IMG/VR virus record: IMGVR_UViG_3300027608_000014
Coordinates: 84,873 to 148,872 of that record
DNA: 64,000 nt
Direction: 5' to 3' (one strand)
Origin: a virus
The position numbers and the translations under genes were made by a program. Shown here piece after piece: positions 38,205 through 48,037 of this stretch (position 1 is the first letter of the stretch; every line of letters begins with the position of its first letter). A model generated the notes under the pieces. It made no database searches. It was given only the letters and a program-made list of their open reading frames with translations, and was not told the DNA's origin.

Positions 38205-39434
38205 ATGAATAATACTAACCTAACATACGACATCAACTCACAGGCCATCAGAGATCTTCGTCAGCTTCCTGGTGGAACATCACGGAGCGGCAAGAGTCAT
38301 GGCAAGCGCCCCGCGATGAAACCGCAGCATAGTGCATGCCGAATCATCGTGATGCTGAATAACCACCACACTGGGACGCCCTTTGGCGCTGCTAATGCCG
38401 AGCTCGACGGATTGCTTCCTTCTGAGAGGGCTATCCTGACGGTTGGCATCTCCGGAATGAGACGCTCCGGTGAGCCAATCAGACGTATGGCCATCTATGG
38501 CTATCGCGACGGACGCGCACAAATGCGCTTTCCAGTAAATTTCGACCCTATCACCGGAGATCCGCAGTTTAGCGGTGATGGGCTCCCAAGAGAAGCAGAA
38601 CTCGCTGCAGTCAACTGGATGCAGGGCGCTATGTTTAACACCGAACTTGTTGCTGGTACTTACGACTTCCAGGATCGGGTAATCTCAGAAGAAATGCCGC
38701 TTCGCCGAGAGTTTGCCTCAGAGCGTCGGACTGAGGCCTCAATCGATATGTTCAGTCGTCACTTCGGTCTCAAAGTGAAGTCAGCCGACTTCACTTTGCC
38801 AGAGGTCAATCCGCTCCTGACTCCCGGCCAGCTTCCTGCAAGTGTCAATCCAAGCTCCCTTCCCGTTCGAGAGATTCCGATGTCCCCCGTGAGTTACATT
38901 GCCCATGCAGTGGATCGGTTTGTTCTGGGACTACACAGTGCTGCAGGCGACGGTTTCAAGGAGCTCAAGCGTGCGTACATTAAGCAATTTGATATTGCTG
39001 ATGACACTATTCATGCCACCCAAAGTGACCCTAACAATGGTTACTCTCGTCTGGCATCTATTTGCGCTGAGCAGACCGGTCTCGGGTGCGATGTCGAACT
39101 AAGCCAGCAACATAGCATCCTTAAGTTTGCTCATGCCTATCTGCAAGACCTCAACCTTGGTCCTGAAGCAACCCAAAGCGCTGGCCTGATCACTTATCAG
39201 GCTATTCGTATGCTTGAGAACTACTTTCTCAATCGCATGGAGAACGGAAAGGTGCTGATGTTTGCCCCTTCACAAAGCTGCGCCTTGGATGAGCAGCTCT
39301 TCAGTAAGCCGTCGAGCTACACAGTAAGTGGCTCACCAGTCTTGATCTGCAATGGCTACTCCAGTAGTGGCATGTTTCCGTATCTTGCTGGTGACCTGAT
39401 TCCGACCGAGTATCGCGGCGGAGATCTAAGTTAG
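38205..39434 (+). CDS. hypothetical protein
   Basis: Long ORF with A-rich leader, followed by a terminator. Confidence 0.7.
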   Translation: MNNTNLTYDINSQAIRDLRQLPGGTSRSGKSHGKRPAMKPQHSACRIIVMLNNHHTGTPFGAANAELDGLLPSERAILTVGISGMRRSGEPIRRMAIYGYRDGRAQMRFPVNFDPITGDPQFSGDGLPREAELAAVNWMQGAMFNTELVAGTYDFQDRVISEEMPLRREFASERRTEASIDMFSRHFGLKVKSADFTLPEVNPLLTPGQLPASVNPSSLPVREIPMSPVSYIAHAVDRFVLGLHSAAGDGFKELKRAYIKQFDIADDTIHATQSDPNNGYSRLASICAEQTGLGCDVELSQQHSILKFAHAYLQDLNLGPEATQSAGLITYQAIRMLENYFLNRMENGKVLMFAPSQSCALDEQLFSKPSSYTVSGSPVLICNGYSSSGMFPYLAGDLIPTEYRGGDLS

Positions 39435-39445
39435 TTGATTAATTC

Positions 39446-39489
39446 GGGGCTGCGACCAATTCGGGTCGCAGCCCCTTTCTCTTTATTTA
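39446..39489 (+). terminator. rho-independent terminator
   Basis: GGGGCTGCGACC...GGTCGCAGCCCC then TTTCTCTTT. Confidence 0.75.
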
Positions 39490-40088
39490 TGTACCAACCA
39501 GTAAAATTAGTTAAAACCTGGACTCTCCTAAATGTGACTCCTCCAGAGAGTGGATCTGTCGGCTTCATCAGGAATGAAGTTGATGATGAGCAGATTAAAA
39601 ATATTCCACCACAATTGAGAGTATCTATTGTCTCATCTCTTCTTGCGCTTCAGCTGATCTTAGAGTGCGAAGATCCTAAAGGAGAGATCCATCGGCTTGG
39701 GTGGCCAGATGAAGCTATCAGCGAAGAAAGTTTAGATGGTGATGAAATCTTACCCGAAATTAAGAGTAGCATAGAGCATCTTTCGGTCATCTGGAAGTTT
39801 GAGTACACTATAGCGAAACAAACAATTACAGACCTTAATGCTGCACTTTACTGCATCTCAAAGGTTCCCAATAATCAGATGGTCGGAGCCTTCTGCCCAA
39901 AGGAGTCTAAGGGTTTTGCACGAGCCGTTTCAATTGCTGGCGTGAATAACCCAGCATCTATTGTAAGCAAAATAGCCAATCCTAGGCCCTCATCCTTTGA
40001 GGAGATTTTCAAGCAAATCCTGGCTAAGAAAGGCCTTGTGCTTAACGGCGAAGAACAGCAGCCTATAGTGGAGATCGACTTTGAATAA
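39489..40088 (+). CDS. hypothetical protein
   Basis: ORF from the ATG after the terminator. Confidence 0.55.
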   Translation: MYQPVKLVKTWTLLNVTPPESGSVGFIRNEVDDEQIKNIPPQLRVSIVSSLLALQLILECEDPKGEIHRLGWPDEAISEESLDGDEILPEIKSSIEHLSVIWKFEYTIAKQTITDLNAALYCISKVPNNQMVGAFCPKESKGFARAVSIAGVNNPASIVSKIANPRPSSFEEIFKQILAKKGLVLNGEEQQPIVEIDFE

Positions 40089-40590
40089 GATCTACGCAGC
40101 GCAAGATAACGGAGTATCAGGATCGTTAGCCGTTCTATATCCTGATGGTAATATCTTTTATAAAGCGACCCCAGTCCAGAAGAGCCTGAATTATACCAAG
40201 GTTAAGGCTTTCATCAATCGCCTGGATTACGATGAGTACGCGAAAATGCTGCAGTCCCAGATTCTAGATAGGAATCTGCCAAGCATTCTTTTGCTTGAGC
40301 GTCCCATGATCATGCCAGGGAGGTGGAAGGCATCGGTCTCCGCCATTCGCTGTGATGAGGCTCAGCGTAGCGTTCTAGAGCGACTGAGAGTTCCGTTTAG
40401 ATATATCGACTCCAAAGAGTGGCAACGAGACAGTAAGAACACCAAGGGGATATTACCCTCTGGACTTGAGGGAGATGAACTCAAGACTGCATCAAAGCAA
40501 ATTGGTCAGCAGTTGTTTCCTTCAGCCAATATCAAGAAGGACGCTGATGCTCTTCTTATGGCTGAGTTTGCTAGAAGAAATAATCTATGA
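40081..40590 (+). CDS. ruvC: RuvC-like Holliday junction resolvase
   Basis: AQDNGVSGSLA, LLERP, SKEWQ, DADALLMAEF. Confidence 0.8.
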   Translation: MNKIYAAQDNGVSGSLAVLYPDGNIFYKATPVQKSLNYTKVKAFINRLDYDEYAKMLQSQILDRNLPSILLLERPMIMPGRWKASVSAIRCDEAQRSVLERLRVPFRYIDSKEWQRDSKNTKGILPSGLEGDELKTASKQIGQQLFPSANIKKDADALLMAEFARRNNL

Positions 40591-41015
40591 AACATGATAT
40601 GAAAGTAGAGAACAAGGAGTTAAGGAGCGCTGTGTTTGATCGGCTCAAATCACAAGGTCTACAGGAATGTCTCCTTGTTGACTATAATGGTAGTGGTGAC
40701 AGTGGCTCACTAGAAGCGCCTAATGAAGCGGGTGTCACAGACGAGCAACTGTCTGCTCCACTAGGGACATTTCAGGTCTTAGAGGCGTATCGGTACGATA
40801 AGTTGACTAGGTCCCCAGTATACACCTCCCGAGTGCTGAGCCTATGGGAGGCGATTGAAGAGATCTGCTATAGTATCCTGTCTAATGAACATTCTGGATG
40901 GGAGATCAACGAAGGTTCCTCTGGAGAGTTCAAGTTCAATATTACAGACCAAACTATTTCCCTGACTCATAATGAATATTATACCGAAACCATAACCTCA
41001 ACTCGCGAGTTCTAA
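40587..41015 (+). CDS. conserved phage protein (DUF6878-like)
   Basis: YNGSGDSG...GWEINEGSSGEF. Confidence 0.65.
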   Translation: MKHDMKVENKELRSAVFDRLKSQGLQECLLVDYNGSGDSGSLEAPNEAGVTDEQLSAPLGTFQVLEAYRYDKLTRSPVYTSRVLSLWEAIEEICYSILSNEHSGWEINEGSSGEFKFNITDQTISLTHNEYYTETITSTREF

Positions 41016-41419
41016 TGTCAAAACCTTGGATTCACGCTTCATCAGACGCAAAGCTATGGGGCATTAAGCCAGAAGATACCCTGCCAATTCATGATCTCAT
41101 GGATTCATCAAAGTCAGCTGTAGGGTCTAATCTTCATCGGGCGTTAACTCATAATGCTTGGTTCATTGGCACCATATTGGAAAAGATTTTTGGAACATAT
41201 ATTACTGCGCAGAATGGCCGAATTATTCAAGTGAGAGATGTTGGCGAACGCCATGTCCTCCAGGACTTCGGAAACAAGTTCATCCCAACTGCGGAGGACT
41301 GGATCACGACAATGCAGGTTCAGCCATGGCAACTAGGTCGAGGATGCCCACCGTCATTCAGACCACTAGAGGCCTTTCACGGAACGTCAGAGAAGCAGAG
41401 CTTTCGGGTAGTCGACTAA
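41015..41419 (+). CDS. conserved phage protein (DUF6915-like)
   Basis: PWIHA, IHDLMDSSK, HRALTH, GERHVLQDFG, PTAEDW. Confidence 0.7.
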   Translation: MSKPWIHASSDAKLWGIKPEDTLPIHDLMDSSKSAVGSNLHRALTHNAWFIGTILEKIFGTYITAQNGRIIQVRDVGERHVLQDFGNKFIPTAEDWITTMQVQPWQLGRGCPPSFRPLEAFHGTSEKQSFRVVD

Positions 41420-41424
41420 AAATA

Positions 41425-42072
41425 ATGAAGGTGTACACAATTATCCCGGTAAATTTTGAATACAATGATGAAACCTACGACGCTATCGGATTTCAGCTCC
41501 CAGTAAAAAATGCCTATCGAAGTCTAAAGTCCGCTCAGGAAGAGTTTGATCGGCTTACTAAGAAGTTCAATAAGAAGTTCAAATATATGCTTAACGGCAA
41601 GTCGACTTCGTTTGTTATTCAGGAAGTCGAAATAGCCGATAATGATGCCTCGACATACGACGCTCTGAGGCAGGTTGTGGGGGAAGCTAGGATTGAAATG
41701 TATAAAGCTGGAAAGGAATACTTTCAGGATCAAGCCAAGGCACTCTTTAGTAAATGGCCGCAATTGGAGGGGTTCTCCATAAGTGCTTATACTCCATACT
41801 TTGCAGACGGTGATGAGTGCGTCTATGGAGTTGGCGATGCGCGCATCAAGCTGAAAGGCTTTACGCCTGATGATGAAGATTGTAAGGATGGGTACACCAC
41901 TCACTGGGGTTATCAAGAAGACCTTCCCAAGGACGCCATCACAATCCAAGATGCGGTCGAGCGCGTGATTGAGTCCATTGATGCCGAAATCTTCAAGGAG
42001 CTTTTTGGAGACCACATCCGTATTACAGTCACCCGAAAGGGAATCGACGTTAGTGACTACGAGCACTACTGA
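41425..42072 (+). CDS. conserved phage protein
   Basis: YTPYFADGDEC, FGDH, C-terminal YEH. Confidence 0.65.
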   Translation: MKVYTIIPVNFEYNDETYDAIGFQLPVKNAYRSLKSAQEEFDRLTKKFNKKFKYMLNGKSTSFVIQEVEIADNDASTYDALRQVVGEARIEMYKAGKEYFQDQAKALFSKWPQLEGFSISAYTPYFADGDECVYGVGDARIKLKGFTPDDEDCKDGYTTHWGYQEDLPKDAITIQDAVERVIESIDAEIFKELFGDHIRITVTRKGIDVSDYEHY

Positions 42073-42164
42073 GGCCCATGGCCACAGTTGATCCGTTTGT
42101 TGTCTGTAGATACATAACGGAATATGACTAACGACACTAGCAGTACTTTAATGAGATCGCATCT

Positions 42165-42377
42165 GTGATCAAAAGAAAAACCCCTAGGATTGTTCAAATG
42201 AGCAGCATCATAACCATATCAACCGTAAAGAAGAGAGCATTGTATTTTGGTAGCCTGCGTGAGTGGAAACCCACTCAGGTATCAAAGGCCTTCCTTGATC
42301 GTTACGCCGCACAGTGTGACGCCCTACTAAAGTCAATGGTCGAGTCTCATCCATCAAAGGGAAAGACACTACTGTGA
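42165..42377 (+). CDS. small basic hypothetical protein
   Basis: QVSKAFLD...HPSKGKTL. Confidence 0.5.
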   Translation: MIKRKTPRIVQMSSIITISTVKKRALYFGSLREWKPTQVSKAFLDRYAAQCDALLKSMVESHPSKGKTLL

Positions 42378-42450
42378 GTAATATACAAAAGGCCGATAAG
42401 GAATTTCAAGGGACCCATGATAGCCACGAGCACGAGCTCGACTGCCATAA

Positions 42451-42702
42451 ATGACCGAGAAGGTCTTCTTTTATCATTACAACAAACTTGCCTCAGCTAA
42501 AGCTGGTAAACCGCAACTATCAGTTCACTACGACAAGAAGTGTCAGGTCGTAGACGGACTAGTCTGTGCGGTGCCAACCTTCAGCCACATCAATAAGAGG
42601 CAGCCAAAAGTAGTAATGAAGGGTAGGGGTGTCGTCACAGTAACTAATGGCATCGCCCACGTCTCCTCATCCAGTAATTTGCGACCTCAAAGAATTAAAT
42701 AA
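42451..42702 (+). CDS. hypothetical phage protein
   Basis: FFYHYNK...SVHY...RQPKVVMKG. Confidence 0.6.
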   Translation: MTEKVFFYHYNKLASAKAGKPQLSVHYDKKCQVVDGLVCAVPTFSHINKRQPKVVMKGRGVVTVTNGIAHVSSSSNLRPQRIK

Positions 42703-42703
42703 T

Positions 42704-43225
42704 ATGTCAAAACTAGTCGCCCTCGCTGGGAGAAGGAACAGCGGTAAGACTACCGCTGCAGATTTCTTGGTGAGCTTGGGGTACAAAAAAGAATCTTTTG
42801 CTTCTCCAGTGAAGTCCATGCTTAGGGCTATTGGGGTTCCGTACTGCTCATTGTATGGAACCAACGAGCAGAAGCACGAGGTCCTTCGTTTGTTCAATAT
42901 GTCAGGTAGATCCTTGATGCAGATAGCAGGAACTGAGTTCGGTCGAAATATGATCCATCCAGACATCTGGGTGCGCACCTTCTTCGAGCGACACCTTCCA
43001 CCTCTCACCGTGATTGATGACCTTAGGTTTAAAAATGAGTTGGATGCAGTCAAGGCCAAGGGGGGACTTGTGATTGGGATCATACGTCCAGATTCTCAGA
43101 ACCTTGACGATGCCCACTCGTCTGAGACTGGGATTGATGATCTCAAAACTGATCTGACGATCATCAATAATGGAACTGTTTGGGATATGACCGAGAAGAT
43201 CAAGAATCTACTAGGCGATGTCTGA
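42704..43225 (+). CDS. deoxynucleoside monophosphate kinase
   Basis: GRRNSGKTT, SFASPVK, MQIAGTEFGR, DDLRFKNE, HSSE. Confidence 0.9.
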   Translation: MSKLVALAGRRNSGKTTAADFLVSLGYKKESFASPVKSMLRAIGVPYCSLYGTNEQKHEVLRLFNMSGRSLMQIAGTEFGRNMIHPDIWVRTFFERHLPPLTVIDDLRFKNELDAVKAKGGLVIGIIRPDSQNLDDAHSSETGIDDLKTDLTIINNGTVWDMTEKIKNLLGDV

Positions 43226-43460
43226 GCTATGCGTGCTGGAGTCTTACAACTCTGAGAAGTCCAAAGAGGCAACTAAAGTTAGATTAGAATACTTTGACTC
43301 TTACCAGGATGGTGTCAACGAGGCTATCAAGTGGGCCAAGAGTAATTCGTGCAGGTGCTTTTTAATCAGTGAGAAGCTTGCCAAGAGCATCTACAAAGGC
43401 GTCGCCATAGTAGAGCTCAAGCAGAAAAATAAAACACCCGAAAAGGGAAAGAACAAATGA
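43218..43460 (+). CDS. hypothetical protein
   Basis: Coupled ORF. Confidence 0.5.
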   Translation: MSELCVLESYNSEKSKEATKVRLEYFDSYQDGVNEAIKWAKSNSCRCFLISEKLAKSIYKGVAIVELKQKNKTPEKGKNK

Positions 43461-44188
43461 GCACTAAAACCATCACTACACTTCAATCCGTCACCGCCGC
43501 AGACCTTAACGCTGCTGCACAGAGTATTCCTTTGAATCCAAATGCTAAGGCTACCAAGGAGCTCAAAGACCACGTTGCTGGTGTTGTCCGTGAAATTGCC
43601 AAGCGCAGAGGCACAATTACTGCTGAGCAGAACCGCCAGAAGAAAGAAGAACTCTTGGCTTCTTATCGCCAGTCTGTCAATTATGATGTCCTCAGTCAGA
43701 GACTGGTGAAAGCTGAAATGGCCAAGCGCGAAGATGGACTTCGATTCAGTGCCGCTATGGAGGCCCTTAAGGTCAAGTTTGCCGCGTCCTCTGAGAAACT
43801 CGACGATGCTGTCAGAGGGGCCAAAGGCGAGCTCCTCAAGATGGGTCTCTCTCCGAATGGATGCTTACTGGAGCCTGTATTCGTCGAGGACAACAAACGA
43901 GGACACTACGACCCGCTACCGATTGGTAGAAGTGGCGGACACTGGGAGGTGAATGGCTCCAAGGTCACTCAGACTCAGGTTGATCGCATCAACCAGATCA
44001 AGGAGGTAATCAAGGCAGTCGGTGCTTCCGCTCAGACATTAACGTCCACAGAGGCTCTGACCATGCGTCTCATGATGTCTTCAACTGTCGGCGAATTGAT
44101 CGCTATCGTTAACGCTGTCGCTGGTGAAGATGTGTTCCAGATGGGCTTGATTCCTGGCACCAATATCCTGTCGATTTCCGAAGAGTAA
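43457..44188 (+). CDS. hypothetical coiled-coil protein
   Basis: Coupled ORF. Confidence 0.6.
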   Translation: MSTKTITTLQSVTAADLNAAAQSIPLNPNAKATKELKDHVAGVVREIAKRRGTITAEQNRQKKEELLASYRQSVNYDVLSQRLVKAEMAKREDGLRFSAAMEALKVKFAASSEKLDDAVRGAKGELLKMGLSPNGCLLEPVFVEDNKRGHYDPLPIGRSGGHWEVNGSKVTQTQVDRINQIKEVIKAVGASAQTLTSTEALTMRLMMSSTVGELIAIVNAVAGEDVFQMGLIPGTNILSISEE

Positions 44189-44317
44189 TATTTTGACTTA
44201 GTTGAGTTGAGGTCCGACCCCTCCAATTAGTCCTAATTTATAAACCTTTAGTATTTTAATATTTGCGACATTATCAGAACGCGCTCTCAGTACAACACTC
44301 AGTAAAACTATTATACA

Positions 44318-44536
44318 ATGAAGGCTATTATCTACTTCAAGAACACAAAGATTGAGCTGGAGGGAGACGCCGATAATGTGACCGAAGCTGTCAAAAAGAT
44401 CATGGAGCCTCAAGAGGAAGCCTCTCCGTTCCTTGAAACAATCAAGCCGACTGGGCACACAATCGACTTCCCTACCTGGCCCAATCATCCTTGGACTTAT
44501 CGTCCAGGCCCGCCGGAGGAAAACTACAACGACTAA
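44318..44536 (+). CDS. hypothetical protein
   Basis: TAATG overlap with the next gene. Confidence 0.5.
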   Translation: MKAIIYFKNTKIELEGDADNVTEAVKKIMEPQEEASPFLETIKPTGHTIDFPTWPNHPWTYRPGPPEENYND

Positions 44537-45180
44537 TGAGCAATCAAGAAGAACAAGTAATGGCGGTTCCACGGGCCCTTGTAGATAAGCTAGGGCTTCA
44601 TCAGGGATTTAATGCAATGAGAGTGGGGGCATTCAAGGGTCTAATAAAGGAGGAGAATTTTCGATTCATACCCAGGAGCGAGGCCGAGACAGACGAAACG
44701 CATCTTCAGCTTATTCCCTATGTCATCGTCATGAAGAAACACAGTGTCCTGACATATCAGAGAACCAAACTCTCTGGAGAGCAAAGGCTCATCGGAAAGC
44801 ATAGCATTGGTTTTGGAGGCCACATCAATAGTGACGATGTGACATTCCAGAGGGGCCTTATCCGAGAAATCTTTGAAGAAGAACTCAAAGGTCTGAATGT
44901 TATCGAAGATTGCCCTTCGTTTAGAGGGCTAATCCTGGACGACTCAAGTGCCGTTGGTAGGGTTCACCTTGGGATTGTCTATGTCATTGAGATCGGTGAT
45001 GAGCATAAGCCGATTAACTCTGATGATCCAAATATCCGACTTCTCGACTTCGTCAGCCTCGACAGATTAGATTCGATGGTCACTTATCCTGAGATCTATC
45101 CATTTGAGGAGTGGTCCAAGATCCTATTGCGCTCTTCAGACGACCTGGTGAGGATTGACACGGTCTTTGGTCAGGTATAA
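44536..45180 (+). CDS. Nudix-family phosphoesterase (COG4112-like)
   Basis: RSEAETD, QLIPY, EQRL...SIGFGGHIN, REIFEEE, VGRVHLG, EEWS. Confidence 0.82.
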   Translation: MSNQEEQVMAVPRALVDKLGLHQGFNAMRVGAFKGLIKEENFRFIPRSEAETDETHLQLIPYVIVMKKHSVLTYQRTKLSGEQRLIGKHSIGFGGHINSDDVTFQRGLIREIFEEELKGLNVIEDCPSFRGLILDDSSAVGRVHLGIVYVIEIGDEHKPINSDDPNIRLLDFVSLDRLDSMVTYPEIYPFEEWSKILLRSSDDLVRIDTVFGQV

Positions 45181-45181
45181 T
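45155..45181 (+). promoter_or_regulatory. sigma70-like promoter candidate for the lysis cassette
   Basis: TTGACA-N15-TATAAT (or N17-TAATAT); spacing suboptimal. Confidence 0.35.
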
Positions 45182-45191
45182 ATTCCAGTGT

Positions 45192-45638
45192 ATGAAAAGT
45201 TATATCTCAATTCTTGTCGCCCTGTGCTTGTCGCTGTCCTCATGTGCCACTTTGACACTTAGTCAGAAAGGCTCTCTCTCCAGGGCTGGTCAGATCTCTC
45301 TGAATCTGGCCCAAGCCGTAGCAAATACTGCTATTCAGATTGTTATCGCTAAAGCCACAAATGATTCTGATCTGATCAAGAAGGGCAATCTCCTAGATTC
45401 AGCCGCCGCTGGGCTCCGAACCCTAGACACCAAATCTGGGGGTCTGATTACGCCTCAGCTGGTCTCGAATGCTATTCTTCAATTTACGGATCCAAGCAAA
45501 TCTCACTGGGGAGATATGGCCAAATCGATCTCTAAAGAAGTTACCGAGTCTAGTCTTCCAAGAGCAGAGGCCATTGAGTTGGCGGCGAGTGCTCTAAATT
45601 CTATTGCCAGAGATACAAGAATTCCAACACAACCGTAA
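45192..45638 (+). CDS. lipoprotein
   Basis: Signal peptide with lipobox LSSC. Confidence 0.65.
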   Translation: MKSYISILVALCLSLSSCATLTLSQKGSLSRAGQISLNLAQAVANTAIQIVIAKATNDSDLIKKGNLLDSAAAGLRTLDTKSGGLITPQLVSNAILQFTDPSKSHWGDMAKSISKEVTESSLPRAEAIELAASALNSIARDTRIPTQP

Positions 45639-45641
45639 CTT

Positions 45642-46031
45642 ATGAATCTGATTCCTCCACTCATCCGTAACAAAGCGATCCAATTCTTTGTTAGTAAAAC
45701 CGGAAGCGCCGCCCTTCCATTTCTCAGTGTGGGAGTTGGCATCGCTGTTGCTAAGCTCTGCCATTACTTCCCAGGAGTGGAGGCCCTCATCGACCAGAAG
45801 GCCGTTGTTGCCGTGATCTGGGGGATTATCATGGCGGGAGCAAACTACGCTACAAATCACTGGCTGACAAAAGACGCCAAAGTGATTCAGGAATCCTTGG
45901 TCAAATTGGGAGCTAAACTAGATCTAGACGGCTGGGTCGGTGACGATACCGTAAAAGCCTTTGAGATGAAGACAGGGATCGAAGTTCGAAAGACAGTTGC
46001 CGTTGAGCCTAAAGACAACAGCGGTTCTTAG
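45642..46031 (+). CDS. holin-like membrane protein with C-terminal PG-binding-like motif
   Basis: Two TM segments; IQESLVKLG..LDLDGWVGDDT; next to endolysin. Confidence 0.55.
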   Translation: MNLIPPLIRNKAIQFFVSKTGSAALPFLSVGVGIAVAKLCHYFPGVEALIDQKAVVAVIWGIIMAGANYATNHWLTKDAKVIQESLVKLGAKLDLDGWVGDDTVKAFEMKTGIEVRKTVAVEPKDNSGS

Positions 46032-46272
46032 TCTCTGCCTTGCACTCTTCGGATGTGCAGGCATGATTCCAGTCATACATGTCAGCACTCTACCCGAGCA
46101 GATTGCGGAGAACATTCGAAAGAATGATCCCCCAAAGCAGGAGCTATATGATCTGTATCATTTACCTCACTCTGCTAAGCCGGTAATCTCTGTCTCTGTT
46201 GAGTCGGTAAGCGACCAAAGAAAATCATTGTCAGGGGTGGAGGGTTGGGTGTATATCAAGGGGACTTGGTAA
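45997..46272 (+). CDS. lipoprotein (spanin-like position)
   Basis: Lipobox LFGC; overlaps upstream gene. Confidence 0.5.
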   Translation: MPLSLKTTAVLSLCLALFGCAGMIPVIHVSTLPEQIAENIRKNDPPKQELYDLYHLPHSAKPVISVSVESVSDQRKSLSGVEGWVYIKGTW

Positions 46273-46281
46273 TATAATTCT

Positions 46282-47073
46282 ATGAATCTACGACAACTCA
46301 ACCCTGAAGATCTAAAGGTTCGCCAGAGATTTCTAAAATCTTGTAATTTTGATTGTGGAAAAATAGACGGAGTATACGGCCCTTGGACACAAAAGGCTGA
46401 GGATGCCTATCAGGAGTCCAATACACACATCGATCAAGTCAAGAGCGTGCAGACGTTCCTTAACAAACACGGCGCCAAGCTAGACGTGGATGGAGTTTAC
46501 GGAGAGGCCACCCGAGCCGCTGAGCAAAAGTATCAGGACCTCCTCAAGGATACCGACAGTAGTCCCCCCGCTGTCACAGTTGCTGGAGACGATAGATCAA
46601 AGATCATCCAGGTCGCCAAGTCCCTTATTGGAACTCGCGAGTTGACTGGAAGAAACGACGGAGTAACAGTTGATGCTATCCTTGACTCGTGCGGACTGAA
46701 GGGGACAAAAAACCCATACTGTGCCTGCTTCGTGGTTTACTGCGGAGACATGGCCCTAGGACGGAAGAGTAATCCGTATCCTCGAAGCGCCTGGTCTCCC
46801 GATATGGTTAAAAAGCCGACCTGGAAGCAGGGTCTCGGAGGCAAAACTCCACAGCCAGCAGACACATTCGGGCTATACTTTGCCAAGCAAGGTAGAGTTG
46901 CACATACCGGACTTATCTGTGAGTGGCCAGAAAAAGAGAAGTACTGTACAACCTTAGAGGGAAATACAGGTGCAACCGGATCTGTTGGAGAGGCTGACCG
47001 TAATGGTGATGGTGTGTATCTTAAGCGTCGTAATAAAACGGACATCTACGCTGTCCAAAACTGGATTGAATAA
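46282..47073 (+). CDS. endolysin: two PG-binding repeats + CHAP domain
   Basis: DGVYGPWT and DGVYGEAT repeats; PYCACFV, HTG, EGN. Confidence 0.88.
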   Translation: MNLRQLNPEDLKVRQRFLKSCNFDCGKIDGVYGPWTQKAEDAYQESNTHIDQVKSVQTFLNKHGAKLDVDGVYGEATRAAEQKYQDLLKDTDSSPPAVTVAGDDRSKIIQVAKSLIGTRELTGRNDGVTVDAILDSCGLKGTKNPYCACFVVYCGDMALGRKSNPYPRSAWSPDMVKKPTWKQGLGGKTPQPADTFGLYFAKQGRVAHTGLICEWPEKEKYCTTLEGNTGATGSVGEADRNGDGVYLKRRNKTDIYAVQNWIE

Positions 47074-47075
47074 TC

Positions 47076-47600
47076 ATGGAATTGCCCTCTCGCTCTTCTG
47101 ACGGAGATCTCGTCAGACAACACCTAATGAGTCTCGGTGCCAAAATTATGACACCGGAGGCAGTAAAGGATCATATGGCAACGGCCTTCGGTGGTGAAGT
47201 CGCCTCGTCAGTTCCTGCCGCATCCACAGCTGCACCTTTTATTCTGAGAGCTGATCCCCTAGTTATCAATCCAGGTAAAAAGTCCAAAAGCAAAGCCAGA
47301 TCAGTGGTTACTGCAGACGGAGCACCTGGACCAACTCTTCTTGTCGAGTATATTGCCAAACTAGATAATGGGGTTCCAATCAGAATTCCAGAGTACGCAC
47401 ACTTAGTTAAAGTTGACGGAGAGACGCTGCTGCTTGGATTTCCAATCTCAAACAAGAGCCGTCTCAAGCCGCTGCGATCAGCGCAGATTGAGATTCAAAC
47501 TAAAGACAAACAAATGAACTGCTACTGCACGGGTATCCATGTTGATATCCCTGAGTGGGGCATCAGTCTCAGCGTTTACCTAATCCTACCTAATGTATAA
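47076..47600 (+). CDS. hypothetical protein
   Basis: ORF in operon. Confidence 0.55.
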   Translation: MELPSRSSDGDLVRQHLMSLGAKIMTPEAVKDHMATAFGGEVASSVPAASTAAPFILRADPLVINPGKKSKSKARSVVTADGAPGPTLLVEYIAKLDNGVPIRIPEYAHLVKVDGETLLLGFPISNKSRLKPLRSAQIEIQTKDKQMNCYCTGIHVDIPEWGISLSVYLILPNV

Positions 47601-47820
47601 TTCACCAACCCAAGACCCGTCACAATCACCACTAAGCTCGATGTCCTCGGCAGCTCTATCAGCTGATTACGATAGTAGAGATAGTCTGTTTGGTGGTGAA
47701 AACGAACAAACCTATTCGGGACCAGCTGCCTCCGTTCTCACGCCTCCGATTGATCCAGTATTAGAAGTCGATGATCAGGATGCTCAGTTTAAAACCGAGT
47801 CTCTACGGCCACTACTGTGA
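47593..47820 (+). CDS. hypothetical protein
   Basis: Coupled ORF. Confidence 0.45.
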   Translation: MYNSPTQDPSQSPLSSMSSAALSADYDSRDSLFGGENEQTYSGPAASVLTPPIDPVLEVDDQDAQFKTESLRPLL

Positions 47821-48037
47821 ACAAGACCGGATCTATAACAGAGGGGTCACCTTGTGCATACTGCGGAAGACCAAGTTACCTCATCAGTAACGGAACTCCA
47901 ATATGTGAAATGCACACTCAAAGATTAGAGCGGCCAGTCACTCAGCCACAGGCTATCGACAAAGTGGCCGAATTGCTGAGTACAACCGACAAATGATTCT
48001 GGACAGAAGCTAGTTCACTGGCTACCGTCCTGCTCCT

